64,000 nt of DNA from Octopus vulgaris (GCA_951406725.2 OX597814.1:70246001-70310000); one strand, 5' to 3'. Shown: positions 25,228-39,289, counted from the first letter of the stretch. Notes: generated by a model not told the origin, from the sequence alone. A program made the numbers and translations.

Positions 25228-25359
25228 CATGGCGGCATGTTAAGAAGTTTGCTTCACAACCACGTGATTCCAGGTCAGTCCTACTGCATGGCACCTTGGA
25301 CAAGTGTCTTCTACTATAGCCTTGTGAGTGGATTTATTGAGGGAAACTGAAAGAAGCCC

Positions 25360-25362
<3 letters not shown>
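25228..25362 (+). mobile_element. SINE 5' fragment
   Basis: caaccacgtgattccaggtcagtcc...ggcaccttggacaagtgtcttct. Confidence 0.65.
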
Positions 25363-25398
<36 letters not shown>

Positions 25399-25644
25399 TA
25401 GCAGAGACACCTGGCATTGCCCATGTTGCATTCAATTGTTTATAAGCCATTTAAGAAACACACAAAAACCATTATATTCACTTCAACATTTAAATTTAAT
25501 TTGTCAAAATATTTTCGTTGCTTTGAGAATGCGACCTGTTCACTGGCAAAATTTCATGCTGCATATACTATATATATATATATATATATATATACTACAT
25601 GTATATATATACATACATTATATATATATATATATATATATATA

Positions 25645-25875
25645 GAGGCGCAATGGCCTAGTGGTTAGGGCAGCGGACTCGCGGTCGCAGGATCGTGGTT
25701 TCGATTCTCAGACCGGGCGTTGTGTGTGTTTATTGAGCGAAAACACCTAAAAGCTCTACGAGGCTCCGGCAGGGGGTGGTGATCCCTGCTGTACTCTTTC
25801 ACCACAATGGCGGTGCCCCAGCATGGCCACAGCTCAAGAGCTGAAACTGGAAAAACAAAACAAACAAAACAAAAA
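25645..25875 (+). mobile_element. Short tRNA-derived SINE (second family)
   Basis: A box TGGCCTAGTGG, B-box-like GGTTTCGATTC, tail ggcggtgccccagcatggccacagctcaagagctgaaact followed by (caaaa)n. Confidence 0.8.
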
Positions 25876-25904
25876 TACTATATATATATATATACTCTTT
25901 TTTT

Positions 25905-26320
25905 TTTTACTCTTTTTACTTGTTTCAGTCATTTGACTGCGGCCATGCTGGAGCACCGCCTTTAGTCGAGCAAATCAACCCCGGGACTTATTCTTTGTAA
26001 GCCCAGTACTTATTCTATCGGTCTATTTTGCCGAACCGCTAAGTAACGGGGACGTAAACACACCAGCATCGGTTGTCAAGCAATGCTAGGGGTACAAACA
26101 CACACACATAAACACACACACATACACACATATATATATATATATATACATATATACGACAGGCTTCTTTCAGTTTCTGTCTACCAAATCCACTCACAAG
26201 GCATTGATCGGCCCAGGGCTATAGCAGAAGACACTTGCCCAAGATGCCACGCAGTGGGACTGAACCCGGAATCATGTGGTTGGTTAGCAAGCTACTTACC
26301 ACACAGCCACTCCTGCGCCT
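25905..26320 (-). mobile_element. Full-length tRNA-derived SINE
   Basis: Reverse complement of the 1244-1630 family; head ggcgcaggagtggctgtgtggtaag. Confidence 0.85.
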
Positions 26321-26332
26321 ATATATATATAT

Positions 26333-27389
<1,057 letters not shown>

Positions 27390-27554
27390 GTTGTATACTC
27401 TCAATCTAACAAGAACGTGACAGTAGGGGGTACACCACCGCTGTATAGCCCTAGGAAGCATCGAATGCCTCCTGATAGCTTTGACACATTTTTTCCCTGT
27501 GTCCTTATATAGATATACGAAGGGAGACAAACACCCCCGGCTGCCGGAACTGCA

Positions 27555-27600
27555 TCTAGGGACACCGTGTTTCAGGATCGTTGTCCTTCATCGGCCTAGA
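27555..27600 (-). ncRNA. Minimal type I hammerhead ribozyme
   Basis: Exact reverse complement of 28134-28179. Confidence 0.85.
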
Positions 27601-28133
27601 GTAGCAGACACCGGTCAGCTGGTGATATTTGCCTCGACTTCGTAATTCTATATATCTATATTCAGTGAAGTTTATTCACTGATTATCAAAATAAGAAATA
27701 TTGAATTTCTAAATCTCTCGTAGAGACATGTACGGTGGTGGGGCGATAGAATGGTTGTATACTGTCAATCTAACAAGAACGTGACAGTAGGGGGTACACC
27801 ACCGCTGTATAGCCCTAGGAAGCATCGAACGCCTCCTGATAGCTTTGACACATTTTTTCCCTGTGTCCTTATATAGATATACGAAGGGGAGCTATCAGGA
27901 GGCGTTCGATGCTTCCTAGGGCTATACAGCGGTGGTGTACCCCCTACTGTCACGTTCTTGTTAGATTGACAGTATACAACCATTCTATCGCCCCACCACC
28001 GTACATGTCTCTACGAGAGATTTAGAAATTCAATATTTCTTATTTTGATAATCAGTGAATAAACTTCACTGAATATAGATATATAGAATTATGAAGTCGA
28101 GGCAAATATCACCAGCTGACCGGTGTCTGCTAC

Positions 28134-28179
28134 TCTAGGCCGATGAAGGACAACGATCCTGAAACACGGTGTCCCTAGA
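28134..28179 (+). ncRNA. Minimal type I hammerhead ribozyme
   Basis: ucuagg-CCGAUGA-agga(caacga)uccu-GAAA-cac(g)guG-U-C^-ccuaga: stem I 6 bp, stem II 4 bp, near-palindromic stem III, GUC site at 28173. Stem I extends through cugc/gcag and ccgg/ccgg. Confidence 0.85.
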
Positions 28180-28402
28180 TGCAGTTCCGGCAGCCGGGGG
28201 TGTTTGTCTCCCCTTCGTATATCTATATAAGGACACAGGGAAAAAATGTGTCAAAGCTATCAGGAGGCGTTCGATGCTTCCTAGGGCTATACAGTGGTGG
28301 TGTACCCCCTACTGTCACGTTCATGTTAGATTGACAGTATACAACCATTCTATCGCCCCACCACCGTACATGTCTCTACGAGAGATTTAGAAATTTAATA
28401 TT

Positions 28403-28435
<33 letters not shown>

Positions 28436-28439
<4 letters not shown>

Positions 28440-28665
28440 ATCCAAACAAGAAAACACAGAAAAAAAACACAGAAAAAACACAGCAACGTGAGGACGTGGA
28501 ACAATTAAAGTATTATTTGACGCTCAGGAAAGAAGGGAAGGAGTGTTTAACGTTTCGAGCAGAGCTCTTCGTCGGAAACAAGGAGAAGGAAAGATCCCAA
28601 GAAGGGAAGACAGAGGAAAAAATATTTTTGCTGGTGGTTCTCAAGAGATCACATGTTGCGATCAC
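28436..28665 (-). mobile_element. Penelope-type pLTR fragment between TA tracts
   Basis: Carries a minimal hammerhead; pyrimidine-rich on the minus strand. A decayed relative lies at about 50570-50760. Confidence 0.65.
28544..28580 (-). ncRNA. Minimal hammerhead ribozyme (PLE type, palindromic stem III)
   Basis: Minus strand: uguuu-CCGACGA-A-gagc(ucu)gcuc-GAAACGUU-aaaca. Confidence 0.75.
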
Positions 28666-28676
28666 ATATATATATA

Positions 28677-31600
28677 CTAGCAGAGTTACCCGGCGTAGAC
28701 TTTTCTGTTATATTTTCTGTAATGAACTGGAATACCTATGTTTCGAATTTCATCAAAATTGCAGATGAGGGTTTTTTCCCTCTTTAAACACTCAAGCAAA
28801 ATTGTAATTGGGCCACATGTATCCCATGCTACTGATTTTTATGCGCATATTCCAAAATTCCAGTCTTATAGAACCTGTTAAAAGATTTTGCTCCTGAAAA
28901 ATGGAGGTCATGGAGCTCTAAAATGTGAGAGTTAACATACCTATTGGGGGTGGGCATCTTAATGTCAACCAGAGAAGTTGAATTGTTGAGAATCTTTTTA
29001 ACTTGGGTCTTATATCTATTGTTTGAATTTCTTTGAAATAGGAAATATATGTTCACTGGGTTTGTAAAAGAGAGCAAAGCTACAGGAAATCAAAAGACAA
29101 ATAAGCAGTCAGTTACCCTACCCTAGTCATTACCACTCCCAATGTAAGATTTTTCACCATCCAGGTGACAGGCACAGCCGTAAGATGCATTACGAATCTA
29201 TAGCAATTAGAAGGGCATGACCCAACTGAAATAAACATTAACAACTGTGTGACGTGAGGGCTAAGGGGAAATGAAAGTGTCACCTCTGGAGTTTGCAAAT
29301 GACCACTATACTGATATGTAACTGGACAGAATAAATTTACAATCTATAAATGTCTTTGAATAACCAGTCACTCATCTGGGAAGGCCTTGAAATCAATGTT
29401 ACCGTCTGGGGACTATGTGTGATCCAGTGATAATAAAAAGACTGAAAGGAGGTCTGCAATCAAATAACTTTACTCAACACTTTGCAACTGAATCAGTGGA
29501 GGCAAAGATGCCTCTCATTTACTTGACAATTTATGCACCAGATTGCAGAAATCACAATGTAAGTGTATGTCAAAGCAAACTGTTACACTGTTGTAGCATT
29601 GAATTACAAATAATGCTCATCTTTTATGCTCAGGTAACCCTACAGCTTCCAAGAGCACAACTGTATTCATTTTTGCTTAGATAAAATGACAAAATTGTGA
29701 GTGTCAAGTCCCCATGGAGGGGTCTTTCTGACTGTAAGATGATGAAATTTTATAAATGTTACTTCATTTGTGTCTAATATCTATGGTTAAAATTTCATCA
29801 ACAGCAAAAATATATGAATTGTCATCTATCTATCTATCCATATATATATATATATATCATCATCATCATCATCATTTAGTGTCCGCTTTCCATGCTAGCA
29901 TGGGTTGGACGGTTCAACTGGGGTCTGTGAAGCCAGAAGGCTGCATCAGGCCCAGTCTCATCTGGTAGTGTTTCTACGGCTGGATGCCCTTCCTAACGCC
30001 AACCACTCCGTGAGTGTAATGGGTGCTTTTTACGTGCCACCCGCACAGGTGCCAGACGGAGCTGGCAAATGGCCACGAATGGATGGTGCTTTTTACGTGC
30101 CACCGGCATGAGGCCAGTCGGGGCGGCGCTGGCAACAGCCACAAACGGATGGTGGTGCCAGACGAGTCTGGCAAACGGCCATGAATGGATGGTGCTTTTT
30201 TACGTGCCACCAGCACGGGGGCTAGGTGAGGCTGGCAACGGCCACGAACGGATGGTGCTTTTTACGTGCCACCGGCACGAGGCCAGTCTGGACGGCGCTG
30301 GCAACGGCCACATTCGGATGGTTCTCTTACGTGCCACCGGCACTGGTAACTCAGCTGCAATTTCCATTGATCGATTTCGATTCTGATCCTCACTTGCCTC
30401 AACAGGTCTTCACAAGTAGAGTTTTGTGTCCCTAGAAGGGAAGGTATGCATAAGTGGGCTGGCTTCATCCCATGTAGAAGGCCACGGGTTATGGTCTCAC
30501 TTGTCCTGCCGGGTCTTCTCGCGCACAGCATACTTCCAGAGGTCTCGGTCTATAGTCATTTCCTCAGTGAGACCTAAAGTTCAAAGGTCGTGCTTCACCA
30601 CCTCATCCCAGGTTTTCCTCGGTCTGCCTCTTCCACAGGTTCCCTCAACCGCTAGGGTGTGCCATTTTTCACACAACTATCTTCATCCATTCTCGCCACA
30701 TGCCCATACCAGCGCAAATGTCTCTCTTGCACACCACAACTGATGCTTCTTAGGTCCAGCTTTTCTCTCAAGGTACTTACACTCTGTCGAGTATGAGTAC
30801 TGACATTACACATCCATCGGAGCATACTGGCTTCATTTCTTGTGAGCTTACGCATATCCTCAGCAGTCACGGCCCATGTTTCACTGCCATGTAGCATGGC
30901 TGTTCGTACACACACGTCATACAGTCTGCCTTTCACTCTGAGCGAGAGGCCTTTTGTCACCAGCAGAGGTAAGAGCTCTCTGAACTTTGCCCAAGCTATT
31001 CTTACTCTACCAGTTACACTTTCAGCACACCCACCCCCGCTGCTGACTTGGTCATCTAGGTAACGGAAGCTATCAACTATTTCTAGTTTTTCTCCCTGGA
31101 AAGTGACAGAAGTTGGTCTCAGAGCATTTTCAGTGTTTATTGTTCCTGAGCATCTGCCACATACAAAAACCATCTTCCTAGTTAGCCTTCCTTTGACATT
31201 GCTGCACCTGTTATGTGTCCATAGCTTACACTGGGTACATCTTAAAGGTCATCAGCATAGAGGAGCTCCCAAGGGCATCCTGTCTTGAATTCCTCCGTTA
31301 TTGCCTGGAGGACTATGATAAATAGGAGGGGGCTGAGGACTGAGCCTTGGTGGACCCCTACCTCTACCCGGAATTCTTCACTGTACTTGTTGCCAACCCT
31401 CACCTTACTAGCAGCATCCCTGTACATGGCTCGCACAGCTCTCACTAACCATTCATCTATCCCTAGTTTCCTCATTGACCACCAGATAAGGGATCGGGGG
31501 ACCCTGTCGAAGGCTTTCTCCATGTCAACAAAAGCCAGGTACAGGGGCTTATCTTTGGCTAGGTATTTCTCCTGCAGCTGTCTTACCAGGAATATAGCAT

Positions 31601-32238
31601 CAGTGGTACTTTTCCCTGGCACGAACCCAAACTGCATCTCATCTAAACTAACTCTCTCTCTAATTAGTTGGGCTATAGCCGACACTACCAGATATTTTGA
31701 GCATCTCTGCAGTGATTCTTGATGGGCCTGGGGCTTTCCTTGTCTTCATGCTTCTAATTGCCTTAACTACCAAGGAACTATCAACTCGGATATCTGGTCC
31801 CTCTGTTGGGTCAACATTCGGCAGACTCTCTTTATCCCATTCATTTTCTTTATTCAGCAACCTTTCATAGTGGCGTCTCCAAACCTCTCTCTTTGCATCC
31901 TCATTTAGCGCAAGTGAACCATCTTCCATGCGAACACACTTCTCTCCTACCACATCACAATTCTCTCTCACACATTGTCTTGCAACGCGAAACACCTCCA
32001 GTCTTTGATCCTCACGGCGCAGAACATTGGCAAATTTTTTCTTATCTGCTTCCCCTCTGGCTAGATAGTCCTGTCTCCTATCTTCCCTTTTGGCAGTTAC
32101 CCTAATGGGGGTCTTCTACTCCCAAAATGCATAGAATATAATTTCCAAATTTCATAAAGATCCATTCAGTACTTTTGACCTAGTTTTGCATCATAAAAGA
32201 AATTACTGAAATTTGGGAGTAGAAGGCCCCCATTAGGG

Positions 32239-32275
<37 letters not shown>
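28677..32275 (-). mobile_element. Non-autonomous Helitron-like element (interrupted by an RTE)
   Basis: Minus-strand 3' end gccgggtaactctgCTAG|t at 28677. 5' end TCTATATA...AAAACACCCTAATG with a 28-bp subterminal inverted repeat (32099-32126 / 32212-32239). Internal aatttcatcaaaat motifs. Confidence 0.45.
29857..32096 (-). mobile_element. RTE-clade LINE, 5'-truncated, with two internal deletions
   Basis: Same family as 21448-24867. Deletions near 31242 (YADD joined to the Cys-rich region) and 31672. (CAT)n tail. Confidence 0.93.
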
Positions 32276-32353
32276 TAGATAGATAGATAGATAGATATAG
32301 ATGATAGATATATATATACACACGCGTGCACACACACACACACATACAAAGAT

Positions 32354-33005
32354 AAATTGATAGATACAACTGAGTGGGCAAACAAAAATATGAGACACGG
32401 CCTAGTGGGTTTTTTTATGTTGATAAGCCTAGTACTTATTCTATTAGTTTGTTCTTGTGAAACCAGTAAGTTATGGGGATGTAAATAAATGAACAGCAGT
32501 TGTGAAGCAGTGATGAGGGCGAAATACAGAGACAAAGATACACACATACACTTACATATATACATACATATATATATATATACAATTAATTTGTTTCAGT
32601 TCCTGTCTACGAAATCCATATATATATATTATATATGTATACACACACACACACAAAGAGAAATTGATAGATACAGCTGAGTGGGCAAACAAAAATATGA
32701 GACACTGCCTAGTGCTTTTTTTTTATTTTGATAAGCCTGGTACTTATTGTATCAGTTTCTTCTTGTGAAACCAGTAAGTTACGAACACCAGTTGGGAAGC
32801 AGTGATGAGGGAGAAACACAGACACACACATAGACTTACATATATGCATACATATATATATATACAATTGATTTCTTTCAGTTTCTGTCTACAAAATCCA
32901 CTTAGCAGGCAGAAGACATAGGCCAAGTTACTACACAGTGGGACTGAACTGATAGCCATGTGTTTTGGAACCAAGTTTGTTACCACACAGCCACACCTGC
33001 ACCTA
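32354..33005 (-). mobile_element. Decayed SINE with a ~307-bp local duplication
   Basis: aaattgatagataca..tgagtgggcaaacaaaaatatgagacac occurs at 32354 and 32661. SINE head near 33000. Confidence 0.6.
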
Positions 33006-33147
33006 TATATGTGTGTGTGGAGGGGGTGTATATGTATGCAGGTATATATGTGTATATATATGTGTACATATTACATGTACATCTATATATATACATCCAT
33101 ATATATATATATATACATGTATATGTATACATCTATATATATATATG

Positions 33148-33191
<44 letters not shown>

Positions 33192-33197
<6 letters not shown>

Positions 33198-33624
33198 AAT
33201 TTAAATGTAAAATAATAAGGGTGAAAAATTGAATATTAATTTGATTAATATGAATTGAAAACCAGTGGTGTAGCATATAAGACCATAGCAGATCTTCTAG
33301 CAAAATGGATGTCCACTGTTAATGGTTCATCCCTCTTATATAATAGTTTGACTTTAATAGTTTCATTATTAAAGTGAAAGCATCTGACATTACAATAGAG
33401 AGATGTTTTTGTTTCACTTTTAACATGTAATACTGAAATAGTGGAGAAGATATGATATTGCTGTCGGCTCGCCCTAGGCAAGAAGTTGAAATTTTTGCCC
33501 ATGACACTACATGGACACTAAGTAAGGCATGTGTAAAATTTGAATGAAATTGGTTGTGTAGTTCTCAAGTTTTAGGGATTCACACAGACAGACAGACACA
33601 CATTCTCAGTTTTATATATATAGA
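33192..33624 (-). repeat. ~435-bp unit (pLTR-like segment plus Helitron-like 5' end), copy 1
   Basis: Direct copy at 34743-35176 and partial inverted copy at 33725-33901. Minus-strand start TCTATATATATAAAACTGAGAATGTGTGTCTGTCTGTC. Confidence 0.8.
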
Positions 33625-33678
33625 TATACATCCATATATATACATCTGTATGTATACATCTATCTATCTATCTATCTA

Positions 33679-33720
<42 letters not shown>

Positions 33721-33901
33721 TCTTGCGTGTTAAAAGTGAAACAAAAACATCTCTCTATTGTAATGTCAGATATTTTCACTTTAATACTGAAACTATTAAA
33801 GTCAAATTATTATATAAGAGGGATGAACCATTAACAGTGGACATCCATTTTGCTAGAAGATCCGCTATGGTCTTATATGCTACACCATTGGTTTTCAATT
33901 C

Positions 33902-34728
33902 AGCTTGTACTCATTCGCTCGCTCAAGCAGTTGTGTTAGAGTAAATATATGGTGGATCATGCTGTAGTTCTTACGGAAGCCGGCTTGTTCCCTCGGTCGT
34001 TGTTCGTCGAGATGACGTGATAACCTGTTCAGATAATCTGACGGAGCTCGACATCAAAAGCTCTGCAGTAGGTCTCAAGATGAACCACATGAAAACGAAG
34101 TTCATGTGGTCAGTCAACGTACCAACAGGTCGAATGGTGATCGGCAGTGATGAAATAGAGGAGGTAAAGGAATATGTCTACTTGGGACAGGTAGTGAATA
34201 TGTGCCGAAATATCAAAAAGGAGATCTCACGGAGAGTAAGGGCCGGATGGAAGGCGTTCAATGGCATAAGGGATGTGCTCAAGGGAAGGTTGGACAGGAC
34301 CACCCACGCCAACTTCATCAACAGTACAGTTCTACCTGCAATGTTATATGGTAGTGAAACATGGGCTACCACAAAGAGAGAAGAGCAGAGACTGGTAACG
34401 GCTCAAAGAGCCATGGAAAGGTCAATACTTGCTATCTCGTTGAGAGAGCACATCAGTAGTCAGAAAGAAGTCCGGCATGAGGGATGTCATCGCAAAGTAT
34501 ACACACGTCACCCAGCTCACCGATAATCGGTGGACCTGTGCAGTTGTCGAGTGGTACCTGCGCAAGCGGAAACAACCACCCGGAAGGCCTCCACGACAGT
34601 GGAGTTACGATTTCAGGAGGACGGTTATGATCGCGTGGATGAGAAAGGCGCAATCCAGAGAGGAGTGGACAACGTGCTGTGACCAGCTGTGTCAAATGGA
34701 CGCCCGACAGACTATTCGGTCAAGGTGA
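33902..34728 (+). mobile_element. RTE-clade LINE 3' fragment, distinct GC-rich family
   Basis: GLKMNHMKTK...EYVYLGQ...EISRRVRAGW...VLPAMLYGSETW...AQRAMERS, and PPGRPPRQW. Confidence 0.85.
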
Positions 34729-34742
34729 TATATACACACACA

Positions 34743-35176
34743 CATGTAAATTTAAATTTAAAATAATAAGGGTGAGAAATTGAATATTAATTTGATTTAT
34801 ATGAATTGAAAACCAGTGGTGTAGCATATAAGACCATAGCAGATCTTCTTCTAGCAAAATGGATGTCCACTGTTTATGGTTCATCCCTCATATAATAATT
34901 TGACTTTAATAGTTTCAGTATTAAAGTGAAAATACCTGACATTACAATAGAGAGATGTTTTTGTTTCACTTTTAACACGTAATACTGAAATAGTGGAGAA
35001 GATATGATATTGCTGTGGGCTCGCCCTAGGCAAGAAGTTGAAATTTTTGCCCATGACACTACATGGACACTAAGTAAGGCATGTGTAAAATTTGAATGAA
35101 ATTGGTTGTGTAGTTCTCAAGTTTTAGGGATTCACACAGACAGACAGACACACATTCTCAGTTTTATATATATAGA
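34743..35176 (-). repeat. ~435-bp unit, copy 2
   Basis: Highly similar to 33192-33624. Confidence 0.8.
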
Positions 35177-35184
35177 TATATACA

Positions 35185-36004
35185 CTGGCTGACATACCCG
35201 GTAATTCCCAAGAAAGCAGGACTTATCCCTTGGTTCCATTCTCATAATTGTTTCACTAATCCAATAACAATAACACAAAGTATGTAGCCCTTAAAATAGT
35301 TTTTGTGCATTTACAGAAAAAACTAAATTGTCTTACACAGGATCTTGTTTTTAGGAATTCCCAATAAGTTATGAATACCCAAATTGTGAAGTCACTTATG
35401 TAATAACATGAAATTAGTTACCTAATAGTAAGAATTCAAATAAAATAGCCCCGAAAAGGGCTTTAATGCATTCCCAGAGTATATAGAACATAGGAGGAAA
35501 TATTAATAAGGTATGTATACTAAAATTGTGAAGCATTTTACAGGTTAATCAGATATGAGATAATAACAATTCAAAGTAAATAACTCTGAAAAGGGCTTTT
35601 GTGCATTCCCAGAGAATATTACCCTCAGGGGCACTAGTGTTGGTATATTCATGAAATAAATGGATCTTTTGTTTAGGAAAATACTATTTACTTGCTTAAG
35701 GATTGTACTGGATAAATTGCGAAAATAACTCTAACAATTCATATACTAAGAAATAAGCTTACTCAATTTCATTTTTACCAAATAATTTAGGGAAATGAAT
35801 GAGCTATTTCCCTTGGTTTTTAAAATAAATATTAGATATATGTAAGGATCCCTTCCAGGGGCCCCATTATTGATTTTTTTTCAATAATCTGAGTATTCCA
35901 GGCATGAGTTCTACTCACATGTCAAGTTTCATCAAAATCGATAAAACAATGTCGGAGGAGTTAACTAACAACTCTACAAACACACAGACAGAATTTCTCA
36001 CATA
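35185..36004 (-). mobile_element. Helitron-like non-autonomous element with internal degenerate repeats
   Basis: Degenerate end ccgggtatgtcagCCAG|t. aagtttcatcaaaatcg...acaaacacacagacaga near 35925-35992. Repeated gaaaagggcttt..tgcattcccagag. Confidence 0.4.
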
Positions 36005-38585
36005 TCATCATCATCATTATCATCGTTTAGCATCCGTTTTCCATGCTAGCATGGGTTGGATGGTTCGACCGGGGTCTGGGAAGCCAGGAGGCTGCACCAG
36101 GCTCCAGTCTGATCTGGCAGTGTTTCTACTGCTGGATGCCCTTCCTAACACCAACCACTCCATGAGTGTAGTGGGTGCTTTTTACATGCCACCGGCACAG
36201 GAGCCAGAGGTGGCTGGCAAATGGCCACAATTGGTTGGTGCTTTTACGTGTCACTGATACGGATGCCAGTCAGGCAGTGCTGGCATCTGCCATGTTCGGA
36301 CAATGCTTTTAATGTGTCACCAGCACGGGTATCTTAACTACAATTTCCATTTGATTTTCATTTTGATGATGTTGTTGACGTACTTAACTCAATAGGTCTC
36401 CTCAAGAACAGCAGGTCACTCTACGAGCCAAGGTTAGCACAGCAGGCCATCCTGCAAGCCATGAACTCACTTCATTTGTCGGGTCTTCACAGTCACAGCA
36501 TATCTCAGAGGTCTCAGTCTTTGCCGTTTCCTCTGTGAGGCCCTACGTGCCACTGGCACGGGTATCACAACTACAATATTCATATGATTTTTATTTTGAT
36601 GTTGATGTACTTGACACAATAGGTCTCCTCAAGTACAGCACGCCGTCCTGCAAGCCATGAACTCACTTCATTTGTTGGGTCTTTCGAAGTCACATCATAT
36701 CTCCAGAGGTCTCGGTCTTTCATTATAGCCTCTGTGAAGCTCAACGTATGAAAGTCATGCTTGACCACCTTGTCCCATGTCTTCCTGGGTCTACCTCTAT
36801 CCTGGATTCCTTCAACAGTTTGGGAGTAGCACTTCTTCACACATCTCTGCTCATCCATCTGTAGTACATGACCATACCAATGCAAACATCTCTCCTGCAC
36901 GCTGCATCCGATGCTTCTTATGCCCAACATTTCTATCAGGGCGTTTACACTCTATCGTGCATGGACACTGACATTACACATCCAACAGATCATGCTAGCT
37001 TCATTTGTTTTGAGCCTACGCATGCCCTCTGCTGTCACAGACCATGTTTCACTGCCGTGAAGCATGGCAGTTTGCACACATTTGTTGTACAATCTGCCTT
37101 TCACTCTGAGCGAGAAACCCTTTGTCACCAGTAGGGAAAGAAGCTTCCTAAACTTTGCCCAGGCTATTCTTATTCTAGTAACACTCTCTGAGCATCCACC
37201 CCCACTACTAACTTGGTCACCTAGGTAGCAGAAACAATCAACTACTTCTAGCTTCTCTCCCAGGAGTGTAACGGAATCTGTTTTCTGAGTATCAATGGTG
37301 TCTATTGCTTCTGTGCATCTGCCGCACATGAAAGCTATCTTCTCGGTTAATTTTCCTTTGATGTTGCTGCACCTCTTATGTATCCATAGCTTACACTGGG
37401 TACATCTTATGGAGTTTCTACCTACACCTTTTCTACGATCGAGCAGCTTACTAGAACTTTGGTCTTTGCAACATTTACTCTAAGGCCTTTTGATTCTAAA
37501 CCTAGCTTCCACACATGAAATTTCTTCTCTAATTCCAGTAGTGATTCTGCTACAGTAGTGATTATGCTAGGTCATCAGCATAGAGGAGTTCCCAGGGGCA
37601 ACCGATCTTGAATTGCTCTGTTATTGCCTGGAGGACTATGATGAATAGAAGGGGACTGAGGGCTGAGCCTTGGTGGATGACAACTTCTACCCGGAATTCT
37701 TTACTGTATTCATTGCCAATCTTAACCTTACTAACAGTCTCTCTGTAAAGGGCCTGTACAGCCCTTATTAACCATTCATCAATCTCCAGTTTCCACATAG
37801 CCCACCAGATAAGGGATCGGGGTACCCTGTGAAAGGCTTTCTCCAAGTCCACGAAAGCTAAGTATAGGGGTTTATCTTTGGCTAGGTATTTCTCCTGCAG
37901 TTGTCAAACCAGGAATATGGCATCAGTGGTGCTTCTACCCGGCACAAAACCGAACTGCATCTCATCTATGCAGACTCTCTCTCCCTGATGAGATGGACTA
38001 TGACCCTCTCCATGACCTTCATTACCTGATCCAGCAGTTTGATACCCCTGTAGTTATTTCTATCTAGAGCATCACCTTTACCCTTGTAGCAGTTGACTAT
38101 GGTGCTGCTACGCCAGTCATTGGGTATGACTCCGTCATGAACTTCCTGGTTTACAATGCGGGTGACTAGGCTGTAGCCCACACCGCCAGATGTTTTAAAC
38201 ATCTCAGCTGTGATTCTTGATAGGCTGGGGGCTTTTCCTGGCTTCATACCCTTAATTGCTTTGTCTACTAGAGAGCTATCTATACGGAGAGCTGGTCCCT
38301 CTACTGGGTCAACACTTGGTAGGCTCTCCTTCTCCCATTCATTCTCCACATTCAGCAGTCTTTCATAGTGGCTTCTCCAAGCCTCTTTCTTTTCAGAATC
38401 ACTAAAAGCAAGTGCACCAGCATCCATTCGAACACATTTCTCTCCTGTGACATTACAATTTTCTCTCACACACTGTCTTGCAATCCGAAATACCTCCCTT
38501 CTTCGGTCCTCACATCTCTGGACATTGGCAAAATTCTTTTTTTCTGCTTCGCACTTGGCTATGTATACCTGCTGCCCAGCCTCTC
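36005..38585 (-). mobile_element. RTE-clade LINE (older subfamily) with a duplicated 3' UTR segment
   Basis: NYRGIKLLDQ, DLEKAF, YADD and HGSETW. (CAT)n tail at 36005. 36320-36540 resembles 36547-36740. Confidence 0.9.
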
Positions 38586-38596
38586 TTCTCTATGTA

Positions 38597-38639
<43 letters not shown>

Positions 38640-38676
38640 CCAAATAAAAAGATTAAGAATATCTTTTACCACATCA

Positions 38677-38862
38677 TTAATGATTCAATATACTTGTTTT
38701 TGTGCCAACTCTGCTTGCAATGCCAGTTTACACAAAAATTTGAAGTGAAAATATACGTAGTGTTTGCAGTTTTAGACATTACATAAATTTTCACTTTGAA
38801 TTTTTGCTTAAACTGGCGTTGCAAGCAGAGTTGGTACAAAACAATTGTAACAAATCATTTAA
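38677..38862. repeat. Imperfect ~80-bp-arm inverted repeat
   Basis: ttgtgccaactctgcttgcaatgccagttta..aaaaatt...aagtgaaaat / attttcactt..aatttttg..taaactggcgttgcaagcagagttggtacaa. Confidence 0.85.
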
Positions 38863-39079
38863 GATGCATTAAAGAATTTCTCTGTCTTCTTTTTATTTGG
38901 ATTATAATTTACACTTCGGCAAACCCACATCACAGTGTGACTGTTGTGAAACCAAGATTTTCTCCACTTGAAAAATTCTAGCATTAATCTTGAACCCAAC
39001 AGTGTTGATAGTCCAGTCTTCAGGTTGAGTGCTTCTCTGGATACACCTTATCTTTATACTGTACTAGGACCTAAGATTA

Positions 39080-39286
39080 TATATGTGTGTGTGTTTGTGT
39101 GTCTTTGTATCTGTGTTTGTCCCCTACCACTGCTTGACAACTGGTGTTATCCCCCGTAACTTCGTAGTTGAGCAAGAGTAATCAAAAGAATAAGTACCAG
39201 GCTTTAAAAAATTAAATACTTGGGGTCGATTCATTCAAATTCTTAAAGGCAGTGCCTAGTATGGCCGTAGTTTAATGACTGAAACT
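39080..39286 (+). mobile_element. SINE 3' half
   Basis: gcttgacaactgg...gaataagtaccaggc...ggggtcgatt...atggccgtagtttaatgactgaaac. Confidence 0.7.
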
Positions 39287-39289
39287 CAT

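Noticed and set aside
25498-25552. Atypical hammerhead on the minus strand (uuugcca-GUGAACAG-gucgc..gcaac-GAAAAUAUUU-ugacaaa)
   Set aside because: The three-stem layout is suggestive, but the core does not match CUGANGA, so it cannot be supported without a family consensus.
25645-25720. tRNA gene
   Set aside because: The tRNA-like head runs straight into a SINE body and tail, and there is no complete cloverleaf.
28850-29750. Helitron Rep/helicase coding sequence
   Set aside because: No recognisable Rep or Pif1 motifs in any frame.
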